A stretch of 64,000 bases of DNA. Origin: Puccinia triticina. Taxonomy: Eukaryota. The stretch's first letter is position 1. Every line of letters starts with the position of its first letter. The notes beneath the pieces are model-generated. The model did not search any database. It was not told the DNA's origin and was given only the letters and a program-made list of their open reading frames with translations. The DNA lies in NCBI GenBank assembly GCA_026914245.1, contig CP110439.1, forward strand, positions 8,246,001 to 8,310,000, written 5' to 3'. Position numbers and translations under genes: made by a program. Shown here piece after piece: positions 62,743 through 64,000 of the stretch.

Positions 62743-64000
62743 AAGCTACTACAAGCAGATTTACTCCTGCGGCTTGTTTGATTGCTTGAACTGAACCAAC
62801 CTCTCCCCCCCTCATTGAATCTGTTTGCTTCAACATAGATTATCTCGGTTAAAAGAATGGTTCCACCTGAGGAGATGGATGGACTGTATCAAAAAGCTCC
62901 GATTCTCCCAATCAAGAGGCTCTCAAGTACATCCACTCTAATCTTTCAAGTTACAGAGTGTCAGCCGGGCTACTATATTAAGTTAGAGCCCAGCTAACTG
63001 ATATATAACAATTGTTAAAAATACACATTTATTGCGGCGCAGAGCGCCTTGTATAAAATGAATACCATATTCATTATTGAACAATAAAAGTGGTGCAGAG
63101 CGCCACGCATACAAAAATGAATATGTAATAAAAGACCTCCCCTCGAACGATGTATAGAATTGAGGAGAGACTGTCAAAACTCCAGCCGCAGGTAGCGGCC
63201 GGAGAAAGAATAGTAGCCATGATCCAAAAACCCGTTCTCAGGCCAAGAGAACGGGTTTGCTATTGTTGAACTAGCACAAAATCCCGTAGAACGTTCTACA
63301 GGAAACGGCTGGAGGAGAGTAGTGAAGAAGTAAACTGCTGCGTCTCCCCCGGCCGAAGATGAACAACCAAGAAAACGTCATAAAGAGTGGAACTCTCCCT
63401 CGGACTGAGGAAGAGTAACACTTGTCGTTGAGTAAAGAGGACAAGAGCGATGCGAGCAATAGAACGCTCTACCACTCCTGTCCTAACTAGTTCTTCCCGC
63501 GGCTGAGAAGCCGCGATGAATTTGAAAATAGACCAGCGACCCTACCGGTCGCCTCAAGAATATATAAAGGGAGGCTTCTGAGCGAGTAGAAGCCTCCCCA
63601 GATTCATACAAACCATTTCGCCGTACCGCCAGCCTCGCCCTCGTCTACCCGACTAGTCCGCCAGCCTGACTGTCCTTCGATCTTGGTTTCTCCAGAGTCA
63701 TTCGTCATTTTTTTATTGTGGACTTTCTCTCCGAGTAAGTCCACTGTTTTTTCTTTCTCTATCGGGATATATATCCCCCACCATCTCCTGGGAACGTCTT
63801 GCACGTTTGAAATACCCCCTTAACTGGGCCCCAGACGTCACAGGTCACACCACCCCTGCGCATAGTGTGCGCAGGCCCTGTAAGATCTTCCGGAGGGCAC
63901 TTAACCACCCCAGGCGCTCCTGGCCCCTCCGTTAACCCCTTTTTTGGGTATATTAAAAATAACTTTAAAGTTATTTTGCACTTTATTGCGCTTTTGCCGC

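Noticed and set aside
63180..63960. TATA-containing region and short ORFs at window end
   Set aside because: Insufficient context to assign gene or element

Overview
Eukaryotic, transposon-saturated fungal DNA. Repeat families, short GT-AG introns and protein style point to a rust fungus (Pucciniales, Puccinia-like); this is an inference. Only one clear host gene is present, a secreted GH43-like glycoside hydrolase (46223-48057). The rest is a nest of mobile elements: a Ty3/Gypsy element (1-9154) inserted into a tyrosine-recombinase (DIRS/Ngaro-type) retroelement, four solo LTRs, a Mutator-like element, hAT, Tc1/IS630-like, PIF/Harbinger, CACTA-like elements, a Ty1/Copia element and many MITEs. 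Main candidate for an undescribed system: a CpG-avoiding Gypsy lineage whose insertions here all sit on a 4-bp N-CG-N target, and which carries a spliced antisense accessory gene under a private CpG island, while CpG-containing neighbours have been inactivated by CpG deamination. Other highlights: a Mutator transposase with a USP/C19-like protease domain, a Pack-type element with captured MID1 exons, and a sense-strand intron in the YR retroelement. All coordinates were read by eye; no searches were run.
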